This document shows, one piece after another, positions 28,143 through 37,468 of a DNA stretch of 44,479 nucleotides; the first letter of the stretch is position 1; every line of letters starts with the position of its first letter. The DNA is from Candidatus Eiseniibacteriota bacterium (GTDB lineage: Bacteria > Eisenbacteria > RBG-16-71-46), in NCBI GenBank assembly GCA_031364845.1, contig JANLWX010000066.1:1-44479 (forward strand), read 5' to 3'. A program made the position numbers and the translations under genes. Below the pieces are notes generated by a model. That model did not search any database. It saw only the letters and a list, made by a program, of their open reading frames with translations, and was not told the DNA's origin.

Positions 28143-29174
28143 TTAGTTGCGGCGGCGGCGCTCCGTGAAGTCGACGGATGCGGCTCCCGAAGGTCGTCCG
28201 AGCGACGCGCGTTCCGGGCCAGGGCCACCCTCGTCCACCACGACGACCGGCCGCGGGATGGTCGCCGCGCCGAGCGGGAACTTGCTGTACGTGAGGTCCG
28301 CGGCCTGAAAGCCTGAGTCACCGTAGCTGTAGGCGATCAGCTGACCCTGCGAGTCGATCGCCGCCACTCGGGCCAGATACGTTCCCTGCGTGAGGTCGCG
28401 CCGCGTGAGCACCAGTCCGGTAAACGTCTGGTTGCGGCCGAGTACCTGCGGCGTGGTCGTGAAGCCGAGGAAGAAGTCGCGCGAATAGCCCCGGTAGATC
28501 GGGGCGGGCACGCCGCTCAGGATGCGGTCCGCCGCCCCTGCGCCGCGCAGCTGATAGATGTGCGCGATGTAGTAGGACGCTCCGGCGACCGGTCCCCACG
28601 CCACCGTCGTGTCGGTCGGGAACGTGAACGGAATGTCGGCCACCGTCGGTGCGGCGAGCCGTGCCTCGTTGGACAGCGGCGAACTTTCCGTGACCCCGCC
28701 CGCGACCAGGCCACGGCCGATGTAGGAGGGCGAGGAGGTCGGCAGCGGATCCGCGAACTCGTAGACCTCCCACTTGCCGTCGAGCCAGCGGCGCGTCGAA
28801 TGCATCGCGAAGTCCGTGAGCTGGCGCAGTCCACCGTTGGACTCCCGGCGCAACACCTGGAACGCGCTCGCCGCGGTTCCGTCGAACACCATCCCGAGCA
28901 GCGAGCCGTCGGGCGCCCGGCGGAACGTTTCGTAGCGCAGGAACGTGTCTTCGGGGCCCGCGCCGATCGGCGCGACCTCGCGGTAGACCGCGGCGGTCGT
29001 CGGCAGTGCCGGCCACACCACCATCCGGGCGGCGCCCGAAGGACTGCCCTCCGGGGAGTCGAAGCTGGGGTCGACGCTCAGCGGCTTCTTGGAGCACGAA
29101 GCGACGAGCAGGGCCGAAGCGGCGAGCGCCGCGACGGCAACGAGCGCGTATCCGGGACGCGTGCTGGGTTTCAT
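28143..29174 (-). CDS. Hypothetical lipoprotein
   Basis: Lipobox LVAS-C after a hydrophobic core; AAGGGAG RBS at the secF stop. Confidence 0.75.
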   Translation of the reverse strand: MKPSTRPGYALVAVAALAASALLVASCSKKPLSVDPSFDSPEGSPSGAARMVVWPALPTTAAVYREVAPIGAGPEDTFLRYETFRRAPDGSLLGMVFDGTAASAFQVLRRESNGGLRQLTDFAMHSTRRWLDGKWEVYEFADPLPTSSPSYIGRGLVAGGVTESSPLSNEARLAAPTVADIPFTFPTDTTVAWGPVAGASYYIAHIYQLRGAGAADRILSGVPAPIYRGYSRDFFLGFTTTPQVLGRNQTFTGLVLTRRDLTQGTYLARVAAIDSQGQLIAYSYGDSGFQAADLTYSKFPLGAATIPRPVVVVDEGGPGPERASLGRPSGAASVDFTERRRRN

Positions 29175-29184
29175 GAAGCTCCCT

Positions 29185-30105
29185 TTATTCGGCCGAAACG
29201 CCCTTGCGGCGGTCGAGCCAGATCCAGATGTCGAGTGCGAGTCCGCTCGCGACATACACCGACGAGTACGTGCCGAACACGACGCCGACCAGCATCGCGA
29301 GCGAGAAGTCGCGCAGCACTTCACCGCCCCAGATGAACAGCGCCAGCGCGGTCAGCGCGACCGTCAGCGATGTGATCACGGTGCGCGACAACGTCTCATT
29401 CACCGCGATGTCCATGACCCGCGAATGTTTCTCCTTGCGCAGCGTTTTCGACCTTTCCCGGATGCGGTCGAAGACGACGATGGTGTCGTTGATCGAGAAG
29501 CCCGCGATCGTCAGCAGCGCGGCGATGACCGTCAGCGACACTTCGCGATTCAGGAAGCACAGCACGCCCAGCGTCACCAGCACGTCGTGAAACAACGCCG
29601 CGATGGCCCCGAAGGCGAATTTGAACTCATAGCGCAGACCTACGTAAAGCAAAATTCCGCCGAGGCTGCCGAGGATCGCCCAGAACGCCTTCGAGCGCAG
29701 CTCCTTGCCAACCTTGGGGCCGACCTGCTCGGTGCGACGCAGCTCCACCTGAACGCCAGGGTGCTGCTTCTCGATCGCCGACTTCACGATCGGAAACGGA
29801 TCGACTCGGTTCTCGTTCGGCGGGAGTCGCAGGATGTACTCGGAGTTGTTGTCCGCGGTCATCTGCTGCAGTTCGAATCCGCGCAGCCCACCTGCATCGA
29901 GTGCGGCGCGCACCTGATCCGCGGGCTGGACCTGGCTCAGCCGCACCTGGAGCAGCGTGCCGCCGGTGAAGTCGACGCTGTAGTGCGGCCCGCCGTGCAT
30001 CGCCAGCCACACGAGCGTGGCGAGCACCAGCGCGCTCGAGAAGATGTAGGCGTAGCGCCGGAACGCCATGAAGGGGATGTTGGTGTCGCGCAGCATCTGA
30101 ATCAT
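29185..30105 (-). CDS. secF: Protein translocase subunit SecF
   Basis: VDFTGG, VGPKVGKEL, HDV, LTIAGFSINDTIVVFDRIRE, TLSRT..TS, GTYSSVY. Confidence 0.97.
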   Translation of the reverse strand: MIQMLRDTNIPFMAFRRYAYIFSSALVLATLVWLAMHGGPHYSVDFTGGTLLQVRLSQVQPADQVRAALDAGGLRGFELQQMTADNNSEYILRLPPNENRVDPFPIVKSAIEKQHPGVQVELRRTEQVGPKVGKELRSKAFWAILGSLGGILLYVGLRYEFKFAFGAIAALFHDVLVTLGVLCFLNREVSLTVIAALLTIAGFSINDTIVVFDRIRERSKTLRKEKHSRVMDIAVNETLSRTVITSLTVALTALALFIWGGEVLRDFSLAMLVGVVFGTYSSVYVASGLALDIWIWLDRRKGVSAE

Positions 30106-30119
30106 GGAAGCAGCCTCGC

Positions 30120-31679
30120 CTAGATGCTGATCCGCTCGCGCTTGCCGCGGCTCAGCCAGAAGTCGTAGATCATGCGGGTGAACACCACCGCCGTGAACAT
30201 GTTCGCGATGAGACCGATCGAAAGCGTCACGGCGAAGCCCTTGATCGGGCCGGTGCCGAACTGGAACAGGAACAATGCGGAGATGAGCGTGGTCAAATGG
30301 GCGTCCACGATCGTCCGGAACGCGCGATCGTAGCCGAGCTCCACCGACTGGCGGACCGTCTTGCCATGGCGCAATTCCTCGCGGATGCGCTCGAAGATCA
30401 GCACGTTCGTGTCGACCGCCATGCCGACCGTGAGCACCAGTCCGGCGATGCCGGGCAGCGTGAGCGTCGCGCCGAATCCGGCGAGCGAAGCGATCACGTA
30501 GATGACGTTGAGAGCCAAGGCCGCGATCGCGACCAGCCCCGACAGCTGGTAGTAGACCGCCATGAACACCACGACCAGCAGCGTGCCGACCAGGCCCGCC
30601 GTCAGGCCCTGCTTGATCGAATCCGATCCGAGCGAAGGTCCGACCGAGCGCTCTTCGATGATCCTGACCGGCGCCGGCAGCGATCCCGCGCGCAGCACGA
30701 TCGCGAGATCCTTGGACGCGGCGATGTCGAAGCTGCCCGTGATCGAAGCGTCACCGGAAGGGATGCGCTCGCGGATGTTCGGAGCCGAACTCACGACGCC
30801 GTCGAGCACGACCGCGAGCTGGCGGCCGACGTTGTTGCCGGTCACGCGCGCGAAGTCTGCACGACCCTTGGGCGTCATCTTCATGCTCACGCCCCACGCG
30901 CCGGGATTGGTCTGCTCGAGTCCCACCCGGGCTTCGGCCGCGGCGACCGATCCGCCGCTCATCTCGGGCTCGCGCTTCACGACATACAGGTACTTGCCGG
31001 TCGTGCCCGAAGCACTTTCGTCGCCGCTCCACGCGAGTTGCGAGTCGGACGGGATGATCGAGTCTATGCCCGGCGTCGCGATGAGCTGCTGAACCACGGC
31101 GACATCCTGATCGCGCACGAACGCCGCGAAGCCTTCGAACCCGAGGAAGTGGCCGGAGAGCGGCGTGCTGCGCATCGCGGAGTCGACGACTCCCGCGGTG
31201 CCGCGCGAGGCGAGCCAGGCGTCGATGCGCTGGTACACGTTCTGGCTCTCTTCCGGCGTGCGCACCAGCTTGAACTCGAGCAGTGCGGTCTTGCCGATCA
31301 GTTCCACCGCGCGCTGGCGATCGGTGAGGCCCGGAAGCTGGACGGTGATGCGGTCTTCGCCTTCGCGCTGGATCAGAGGCTCGGCGACGCCGAACTGGTC
31401 GATGCGGTTGCGGATGATCTCCATCGCGCGGTCGGTCGCATCCTTCGCCTCGGCGGGGTTCAGCTTGGAGCGGTCGACTTCGAGCACCAGATGCATGCCG
31501 CCCTGGAGGTCGAGTCCCAGATGGATCGCCTTCTTGCGAAGTTCGGCGAGTTCCTGCGCGGGAAGTGCGGTGCGTTGCTGCGGGGTCAGCGAGTAGTAGC
31601 GGTATGAAGGATAGAGCAGATAGAGCGCTGCGGCGGTCACCAGCAGCACACCGAGCAGCTTCCACTGATCGCGGGTCAT
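30120..31679 (-). CDS. secD: Protein translocase subunit SecD
   Basis: LGLDLQGG, RIDQFGVAEP, VQLPG, LRAGSLP, VGPSLG.DSI, TLPGIAG, GMAVD.N.LIFERIREE, GTGPIKGFA; start re-called at ATG 31679. Confidence 0.97.
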   Translation of the reverse strand: MTRDQWKLLGVLLVTAAALYLLYPSYRYYSLTPQQRTALPAQELAELRKKAIHLGLDLQGGMHLVLEVDRSKLNPAEAKDATDRAMEIIRNRIDQFGVAEPLIQREGEDRITVQLPGLTDRQRAVELIGKTALLEFKLVRTPEESQNVYQRIDAWLASRGTAGVVDSAMRSTPLSGHFLGFEGFAAFVRDQDVAVVQQLIATPGIDSIIPSDSQLAWSGDESASGTTGKYLYVVKREPEMSGGSVAAAEARVGLEQTNPGAWGVSMKMTPKGRADFARVTGNNVGRQLAVVLDGVVSSAPNIRERIPSGDASITGSFDIAASKDLAIVLRAGSLPAPVRIIEERSVGPSLGSDSIKQGLTAGLVGTLLVVVFMAVYYQLSGLVAIAALALNVIYVIASLAGFGATLTLPGIAGLVLTVGMAVDTNVLIFERIREELRHGKTVRQSVELGYDRAFRTIVDAHLTTLISALFLFQFGTGPIKGFAVTLSIGLIANMFTAVVFTRMIYDFWLSRGKRERISI

Positions 31680-31780
31680 CAGGGTCTCCCAGAGCATTAT
31701 TGGAGCGGCGACACGGATGCGCGCGCCCGGCAACGAAGCAGGCAGGCGCGGCTAAGATGTTGAGGCAAAAAGAGACGCGC

Positions 31781-31810
31781 AGTCTACGGTTCGCGCGGAC
31801 GAAGTGTCAA
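31781..31810 (-). promoter_or_regulatory. Sigma-70-type promoter for secDF
   Basis: TTGACA (31810-31805), 18 bp spacer, TAGACT (31786-31781). Confidence 0.65.
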
Positions 31811-32272
31811 CGATGCACCTTACGAGGCCTCGCGGAAGCGCTCGCGGGCCGTGATGCCGGCGGAGCCGGGACAGGGGCCGGTTGGCAGCCGGCCCCGGCG
31901 GGATGAGATAGGTACTCGGAGGGTCGGGGTGAGGACGGAGCGGCGAGGAGTTCGAGGCGGGATCCCGGTCGCGGACGCGCCGGCACTGCAATGTCCGTCG
32001 TGTCCGCGGGTACTCAACCGCGCGATCGTTCTGCAACCTCTGTTCCACGGGCATGTGCGCCGGAAGTCGTTACAGGGTGGCGCCGGCCGGAAGTCGGCGC
32101 GTCGGAGCCCCGTCACCGCCGTCCGCAGACAGACGACGCCGGTGACGAATTTCGGGGCCGGAAGATTGCGCTCCGTGCCGGGGGCAGCACCGCCCGAGCC
32201 TGCCGCTTCAGGGGTCCGCCACCCGCGGATCGCGATCGGCGAACATAGGCTAGCGTGCAGTCGCAACGTGGT

Positions 32273-32301
32273 TTGACACCCCGGAACCCGCTGTCTATAG
32301 T
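32273..32301 (+). promoter_or_regulatory. Near-consensus sigma-70 promoter for the beta-barrel gene (and possibly guaB)
   Basis: TTGACA (32273-32278), 17 bp spacer, TATAGT (32296-32301); GAGGAG RBS downstream. Confidence 0.8.
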
Positions 32302-32364
32302 GCCGCGCTCATTCGCACCGGGCACAACCCATCTTCCGTTCAGGAAGAGGAGCTATCCCTTCGC

Positions 32365-33081
32365 ATGATTCCACGCGCCAGCTGGATGAGCGCCGCCCTC
32401 GGGGCGATGCTCTCGGTCGCCACGTTGTCCCACGCCCAGGAGGCCGGCTACGCCGCCGGCCGTGGCGGAGTGGGCGGGCAGATGGGCATGTCCCAGATCC
32501 TCGGTGAAGACGACTATTCGACGACCGCGCGGCCCCGGTTCTCGTTCTCGGGGCACTTCCGCTACGCGATCGCTCCGTGGCTGCGCTGGCAGATCTCCCC
32601 GGGCTTCACCTGGGCCGGCTATGACGACCAGGAACCGGCGCCGTTTCGCGATCCCAACTTCCCGAACGACAGCACCAAGGCCAACAACCTGACGCTGCTG
32701 CTTCCGATGTCCGCGCAGCTCCAGTTCACCGCGCGCAAGGGTGCGTGGCTGACTTACGCCGGTGCGGGGCCCGGAGTCTACCGGGTGTGGATCGAGAATC
32801 GGCGCAAGGTGCTCGAGGACCCCGTGAGCCGCAATCTGCATCGCGGGCTCTATCCCGGTGCGACGGCGCAAATCGGCATCGAGCGGTTCCTCAAGGGACT
32901 TCCGAACACCAGCATCGAATTGTCGGCCGACGCGCACTACGTGTTCGCGGAGCGCCCCGAACAGTTCCCTTCGGGATGGAACTCGAAGCTGCTGAACGCC
33001 GGAATTCGCATCGGCGGGAACTACTATTTCGTTCCCAATCCGCCGAAGAAGCCCGACGCGGGCCTACCGGGCACGCCCTAA
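32365..33081 (+). CDS. Small outer-membrane beta-barrel protein (OmpA-TM/OmpW-like)
   Basis: Signal peptide ending SHA; amphipathic strands, YAGAGPGVY, last strand GIRIGGNYYF followed by a Pro-rich tail. Confidence 0.7.
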   Translation: MIPRASWMSAALGAMLSVATLSHAQEAGYAAGRGGVGGQMGMSQILGEDDYSTTARPRFSFSGHFRYAIAPWLRWQISPGFTWAGYDDQEPAPFRDPNFPNDSTKANNLTLLLPMSAQLQFTARKGAWLTYAGAGPGVYRVWIENRRKVLEDPVSRNLHRGLYPGATAQIGIERFLKGLPNTSIELSADAHYVFAERPEQFPSGWNSKLLNAGIRIGGNYYFVPNPPKKPDAGLPGTP

Positions 33082-33202
33082 GCAGGCTGCTGAAGAAGCC
33101 GAGTGCAAGGCGCGAGGAAGTGATGAGCGAGGCGTATCCGCAGGATACGTCGCAGCGAAGAACGACTGAGCAACGCAGCAATCGGCTTCTTCAGCAGCCT
33201 GC
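33082..33202. mobile_element. 121-bp MITE-like element with perfect 21-bp terminal inverted repeats
   Basis: GCAGGCTGCTGAAGAAGCCGA (33082-33102) and its exact reverse complement (33182-33202); internal hairpin CGTATCC-gca-GGATACG (33133-33149); no transposase. Confidence 0.75.
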
Positions 33203-33275
33203 AGCGTTGATGGGGCCGCCGCCGGGAGCGTGATTCCCTGGTCTTCATCACCTGGGCCTGCAGTGGAGTTTCTCG

Positions 33276-34763
33276 GTGAAGGATCGCGTGCAGTGGGCTG
33301 ACAAAATCGGCCCCGTGGCACTGACGTTCGACGATGTGCTGCTCGTGCCCCGCCTCGCCAACGTGCATCCGCGCGACGTCGACATCCGCTCGCGCTTCAC
33401 GCGCAACATCACGATCAACATTCCGATCGTGAGTGCCGCTATGGACACGGTCACCGAATACGGGCTCGCGATCGCGCTCGCGCGCGAAGGCGGCATCGGC
33501 GTCATCCACAAGAACCTTCCGATCGACGAACAGGCCTCGCAGGTCGACCGCGTGAAGCGCTCCGAGAGCGGCATGATCGTGGACCCGGTGACGCTGCCGC
33601 CGTCGGCCACGGTGTCCGAAGCGCACGCGGTGTGCGCGCGCTTCCACATCTCGGGCGTTCCGATCACCGAGAACGGCAAGCTGGTCGGCATCCTCACCAA
33701 CCGCGACCTGCGCTTCGAGGACAATCCCGCGCGGCGCGTGTCGGAAGTGATGACGCGCGAAGGCCTCGTCACCGCGCCGGTCGGGACCACGCTCGAGCAG
33801 GCCCGCGCCACGCTCGCCAAGCATCGGATCGAGAAGCTGCCGGTCGTGGACGGAGAAGGCCGGCTGCAGGGGCTGATCACCGTCAAGGATATCGAGAAGC
33901 GCATCCGCCATCCGCACGCGTGCAAGGACGACCTCGGCCGCCTGCGCGTGGCGGCGGCGATCGGTGCGGCGGGCGACTTCATCGAGCGAGCCGTGGATCT
34001 GGTGAAGGCCGGCGTCGATGCACTGGTGGTCGACAGCGCGCATGCCCATTCGGCCGGCGTGCTCGAGGCGACACGCGCTGTGCGCGCGCGCTTCGCCGAC
34101 ATCGATCTGGTGGTCGGCAACATCGGCACCGCCGAGGGCGCGCGTGCGGTGGTCGATGCGGGCGCCGATGCGGTCAAAGTCGGCATGGGACCGGGTGCCA
34201 TCTGCACGACGCGCGTCGTGACCGGCGCCGGTGCGGCACAGATCTCGGCGGTGCTCGCCGCCGCGCAGGCGCTCGAGGGCACCGGGGTTCCGATCATCGC
34301 GGACGGCGGCATCAAGTACACCGGCGATCTCGTGAAGGCGATCGCCGCGGGCGCCCACTCGGTGATGATCGGCAGCCTGTTCGCCGGCACCGAGGAGAGC
34401 CCGGGCGAAGTCGTGCTGCTCGAGGGCCGCTCGTTCAAGGTCTATCGCGGCATGGGATCGCTGTCCGCGATGGCCGCCGCGCGCGGCAGCCGCGAACGCT
34501 ACTTCCAGGAGAGCGCCGACGAATTGTCGAAGCTGGTGCCCGAGGGAATCGAAGGCCGCGTGCCGTTCAAAGGCACGCTCGCCCAGTCGGTGTTCCAGAT
34601 GATCGGCGGCCTGCGCGCCGGGATGGGCTACTGCGGCGTCGCGAGCATCGAGGACATGCGCACGCAGACGCGATTCGCGCAGATCAGTTCGGCCGGACTG
34701 CGCGAGAGCCACCCGCACGACATCACGATCACGAAGGAAGCACCGAACTACGAAATCCGCTGA
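33276..34763 (+). CDS. guaB: Inosine-5'-monophosphate dehydrogenase with CBS pair
   Basis: [31 protein letters not shown] domains, [36 protein letters not shown]. Confidence 0.96.
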   Translation: MKDRVQWADKIGPVALTFDDVLLVPRLANVHPRDVDIRSRFTRNITINIPIVSAAMDTVTEYGLAIALAREGGIGVIHKNLPIDEQASQVDRVKRSESGMIVDPVTLPPSATVSEAHAVCARFHISGVPITENGKLVGILTNRDLRFEDNPARRVSEVMTREGLVTAPVGTTLEQARATLAKHRIEKLPVVDGEGRLQGLITVKDIEKRIRHPHACKDDLGRLRVAAAIGAAGDFIERAVDLVKAGVDALVVDSAHAHSAGVLEATRAVRARFADIDLVVGNIGTAEGARAVVDAGADAVKVGMGPGAICTTRVVTGAGAAQISAVLAAAQALEGTGVPIIADGGIKYTGDLVKAIAAGAHSVMIGSLFAGTEESPGEVVLLEGRSFKVYRGMGSLSAMAAARGSRERYFQESADELSKLVPEGIEGRVPFKGTLAQSVFQMIGGLRAGMGYCGVASIEDMRTQTRFAQISSAGLRESHPHDITITKEAPNYEIR

Positions 34764-34787
34764 CGCGCGGCCCGCTCGGCCGCAGCG

Positions 34788-36596
34788 TCAGCGCAGCACG
34801 GCCATGCGGCGCGTGCCGCAGCCTGCCGAGGTCTCGATCCGCACGAAGTAGAGTCCCGGGCGCGCGCCCGCCACGCCGGGAACGGGCACGGTGTGTGAAC
34901 CCGCGGCGCGCGACTCCGAGACCGCCGCGATCATGCGGCCGCCGGCGTCGTGCACGGTGATGCGGACCTTTCCCGCCGCCGGCAGGTTGAAGCTCAGGCG
35001 CGCCGATCCGCGCGCCGGTTGCGGCGCGATCGCGAACTCCAGCGCGGAGACCACGCGTGCGGGCGCGGCGTCGAGCGTCGTCACGCCTTCCTTCAGATTC
35101 CAATAGCGGTCGCGCGCAACACCCGTGAGCACGTCGATGTTCCCGCTCGGCCATTCGACGCGCACGGTGTCGATCGCGGCGGCATCGCCGAGCCCGAAGT
35201 GCGCGGCGAGCATGTTCTGGCCTCCGTAGCCGGTCGAAGCCGAGATCTCGCGCAGCTGCCAGCGCGGCGTGCCGCCGATCACCGAGCGCACGCGCACCTT
35301 GGCGCCGATCCCGGACCGGTTGGAGGGATCGCCGCTCAGACGGAAGGTCACCCAGTGGGCGCCGCCCGCGAGGTCGTTGCGATACAGCAAGCCCGGACCT
35401 TCGCTGCGCGCGGTGGGTACAAACAGGTCGAGATCGCCGTCGCCGTCGTAGTCGCCGGCGGCCACACCGTAGTTCGAGCGCGCGGTCGTGACGAACACAC
35501 CGGCCGTGATCTTCGTGAACGTGCCGTTCCCGTTGTTGCGGTAATAGAGATCCAATTGCGAGTTGTCGCGCGCCACGTACACGTCGAGATCGCCGTCGTT
35601 GTCGTAGTCGCCCCACGCCACTCCGTGCGAGCCGGGCGCGGACGCCACGATCGCTCCGCTCGTGATCTTCGTGAACGCGGCGCCATCGTTGCGATAGAGC
35701 TGGTTCCCCACACTCGTGTAGTTGATCGCGTAGCAGTCCAGATCGCCGTCGTTGTCGTAGTCGGCAAAGCTCAGCACCTGCGAATCGCGCGCGTCGGTGG
35801 CAAGCACGCCGGTCGTGATCGGCGTGAACGTGGCGCTCGCGGTCTCGGTGAGCTGGTTGCGGTACATCTTGTCCGGCCCGGTCGAGCCCACGTTGCCCGA
35901 TGCGACGAACAGATCGAGGTCGCCGTCGCCGTCGAAGTCGGACCAGGTCGGATGGTGGTGGAATCCCGGCGACGTCACGACCGGCCCGCTCACGACTTCG
36001 GTGAACGTCCCGTCGCCGTTGTTGTGGAACAGCCGGTCGGCGGTCGTCATGCCGAGTGCGCCGTTCAGCACGGTCAGCATCAGGTCGACGTGTCCGTCGT
36101 TGTCGTAGTCTCCCCACGCGCAACCGGTGCCCTTTACGGCGAGATCGGTCAGCGTCGAGGCGCCGTCGACCGACCACACACCCGCCGCCGAGCGGTAGAG
36201 GGTGCCGCCGTCGGCATCGAGGCCCGAGACGAATGCGTCGAGATCGCCGTCGTTGTCGGCGTCGGCCCACGTGCTGCACACGGTCTCGGCACCATCTTCG
36301 GTGAGCGGATTGAACACGCGCGTGAACGTGTCACCGCCGTCGTTGCGAAACAGTGCGTTGTCGTTGTTGGCGCTGAACGCCGTGACCACGAACAGATCGA
36401 GATCTCCGTCGAGATCGTAGTCGACCCACGCGGCACCGGTCGCGAACGCGACGTGGTCGTCGATCGCGGCCGAGACGACCGGGACGAAGCTCTGGGCGGC
36501 AGCACGGCCGGCGTGGCCGAGGCTCGAGAGCGCAACGGCCAGCAGGACGGCGCGTGCGACGCGGAACTCGCGCCGGAGTTCGAAGAGCCGGATCAT
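34788..36596 (-). CDS. Secreted FG-GAP/VCBS-repeat (CRTAC1-like) + ASPIC/UnbV protein with T9SS-CTD-like tail
   Basis: About 7 W/F.DYDNDGDLD repeats, SNRSGIGAKV, HFGLG, V.WPSG; AAGGAG RBS before ATG 36596. Confidence 0.9.
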   Translation of the reverse strand: MIRLFELRREFRVARAVLLAVALSSLGHAGRAAAQSFVPVVSAAIDDHVAFATGAAWVDYDLDGDLDLFVVTAFSANNDNALFRNDGGDTFTRVFNPLTEDGAETVCSTWADADNDGDLDAFVSGLDADGGTLYRSAAGVWSVDGASTLTDLAVKGTGCAWGDYDNDGHVDLMLTVLNGALGMTTADRLFHNNGDGTFTEVVSGPVVTSPGFHHHPTWSDFDGDGDLDLFVASGNVGSTGPDKMYRNQLTETASATFTPITTGVLATDARDSQVLSFADYDNDGDLDCYAINYTSVGNQLYRNDGAAFTKITSGAIVASAPGSHGVAWGDYDNDGDLDVYVARDNSQLDLYYRNNGNGTFTKITAGVFVTTARSNYGVAAGDYDGDGDLDLFVPTARSEGPGLLYRNDLAGGAHWVTFRLSGDPSNRSGIGAKVRVRSVIGGTPRWQLREISASTGYGGQNMLAAHFGLGDAAAIDTVRVEWPSGNIDVLTGVARDRYWNLKEGVTTLDAAPARVVSALEFAIAPQPARGSARLSFNLPAAGKVRITVHDAGGRMIAAVSESRAAGSHTVPVPGVAGARPGLYFVRIETSAGCGTRRMAVLR

Positions 36597-36672
36597 GAAA
36601 GTCTCCTTGCAGGCGGTGGCATGGGGGTCGGCTCCAGTGTGCCGCAGGCCGGCCGTCGCGGGCACGCGCGAT

Positions 36673-36701
36673 GGGACGGGCTGCAACCTTGGGGGACGGG
36701 C
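36673..36701 (-). promoter_or_regulatory. Candidate LytTR binding site (9-bp direct repeat)
   Basis: GGGACGGGC at 36673-36681 and 36693-36701 (period 20), between the LytTR gene and the FG-GAP gene. Confidence 0.45.
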
Positions 36702-36715
36702 CGAACCCGCGTCAC

Positions 36716-37468
36716 TCAAACCCGCGGAAGCAAGGCGTCGCGATAGTTGCGGCTCATCTGCAGCACGGTTCCGTCGTCCAAGGACACATCGAAGTCGCCG
36801 TTGCCGCTCGGCGCCACCGACGCGACGCGCTCGATGTTCACGATCCACGAGCGGTGGATGCGGGCGAAACGCTGCGGGTCGAGCTGGCGCAGCACCTCGG
36901 CCATCGTGCTGCGCAACAGATGCGTGCGACCGTCGGCATGCAGTTCGACGTAGTTGCCCGCCGCCTCGATGCTGCGGATCCGTTCGCACGGCACCAGCAC
37001 GTAGCGATCGCGCTCGCGCACCGCGAACCGGCGCGGGAGTTCCGACGGGCGCGGATCACCGCTGTCGAGCAGTCGCGCCAGCGCCTGGGCACCCGCGCGA
37101 ACTTCAGAAGCGAGTTCGATGCGCACGCGCCGCAAGCACTCCGCCAGGCGCTCGGGCACCACCGGTTTCAGAAGGTAATCGAGCGCGTGAACGTCGAACG
37201 CGCGGATCGCGAACTGATCGTGGGCCGAGACGAACACCACCACCGGCAGATGCGTTTCCGCGATGCCGCGCAGAACTTCGAAGCCGTCGCCGCCCGGCAT
37301 CTGCACATCGAGCATCACGAGCTGCGGCCGTGCCGCCGTGATGAGCGCCACGGCCGCAGCGCCGTCCTCGGCCTCGCCGACGATCTCGATGTCGGGCTCG
37401 GCCTCCATCAGCACTCGCAATCCCGCGCGGGCGAGCGGCTCGTCGTCGACGATCACGGTGCGGATCAC
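36716..37468 (-). CDS. LytTR-family response regulator
   Basis: IVDDEPLAR, LDVQMP, AFDVHALDYLLKP, EAAGNYV, F.RIHRS.IVN, SRNY; GTG start at 37468. Confidence 0.93.
   Translation of the reverse strand: MIRTVIVDDEPLARAGLRVLMEAEPDIEIVGEAEDGAAAVALITAARPQLVMLDVQMPGGDGFEVLRGIAETHLPVVVFVSAHDQFAIRAFDVHALDYLLKPVVPERLAECLRRVRIELASEVRAGAQALARLLDSGDPRPSELPRRFAVRERDRYVLVPCERIRSIEAAGNYVELHADGRTHLLRSTMAEVLRQLDPQRFARIHRSWIVNIERVASVAPSGNGDFDVSLDDGTVLQMSRNYRDALLPRV

Noticed and set aside
31752..32325. Small track ORFs in the secD-OMP spacer (possible yajC)
   Set aside because: No TM helix or YajC motif, no RBS, and they overlap the promoter motifs
35440..36430. Recurrent GTCGTTGTCGTAGTC-like DNA repeats
   Set aside because: Explained by the FG-GAP DYDNDGD protein repeats
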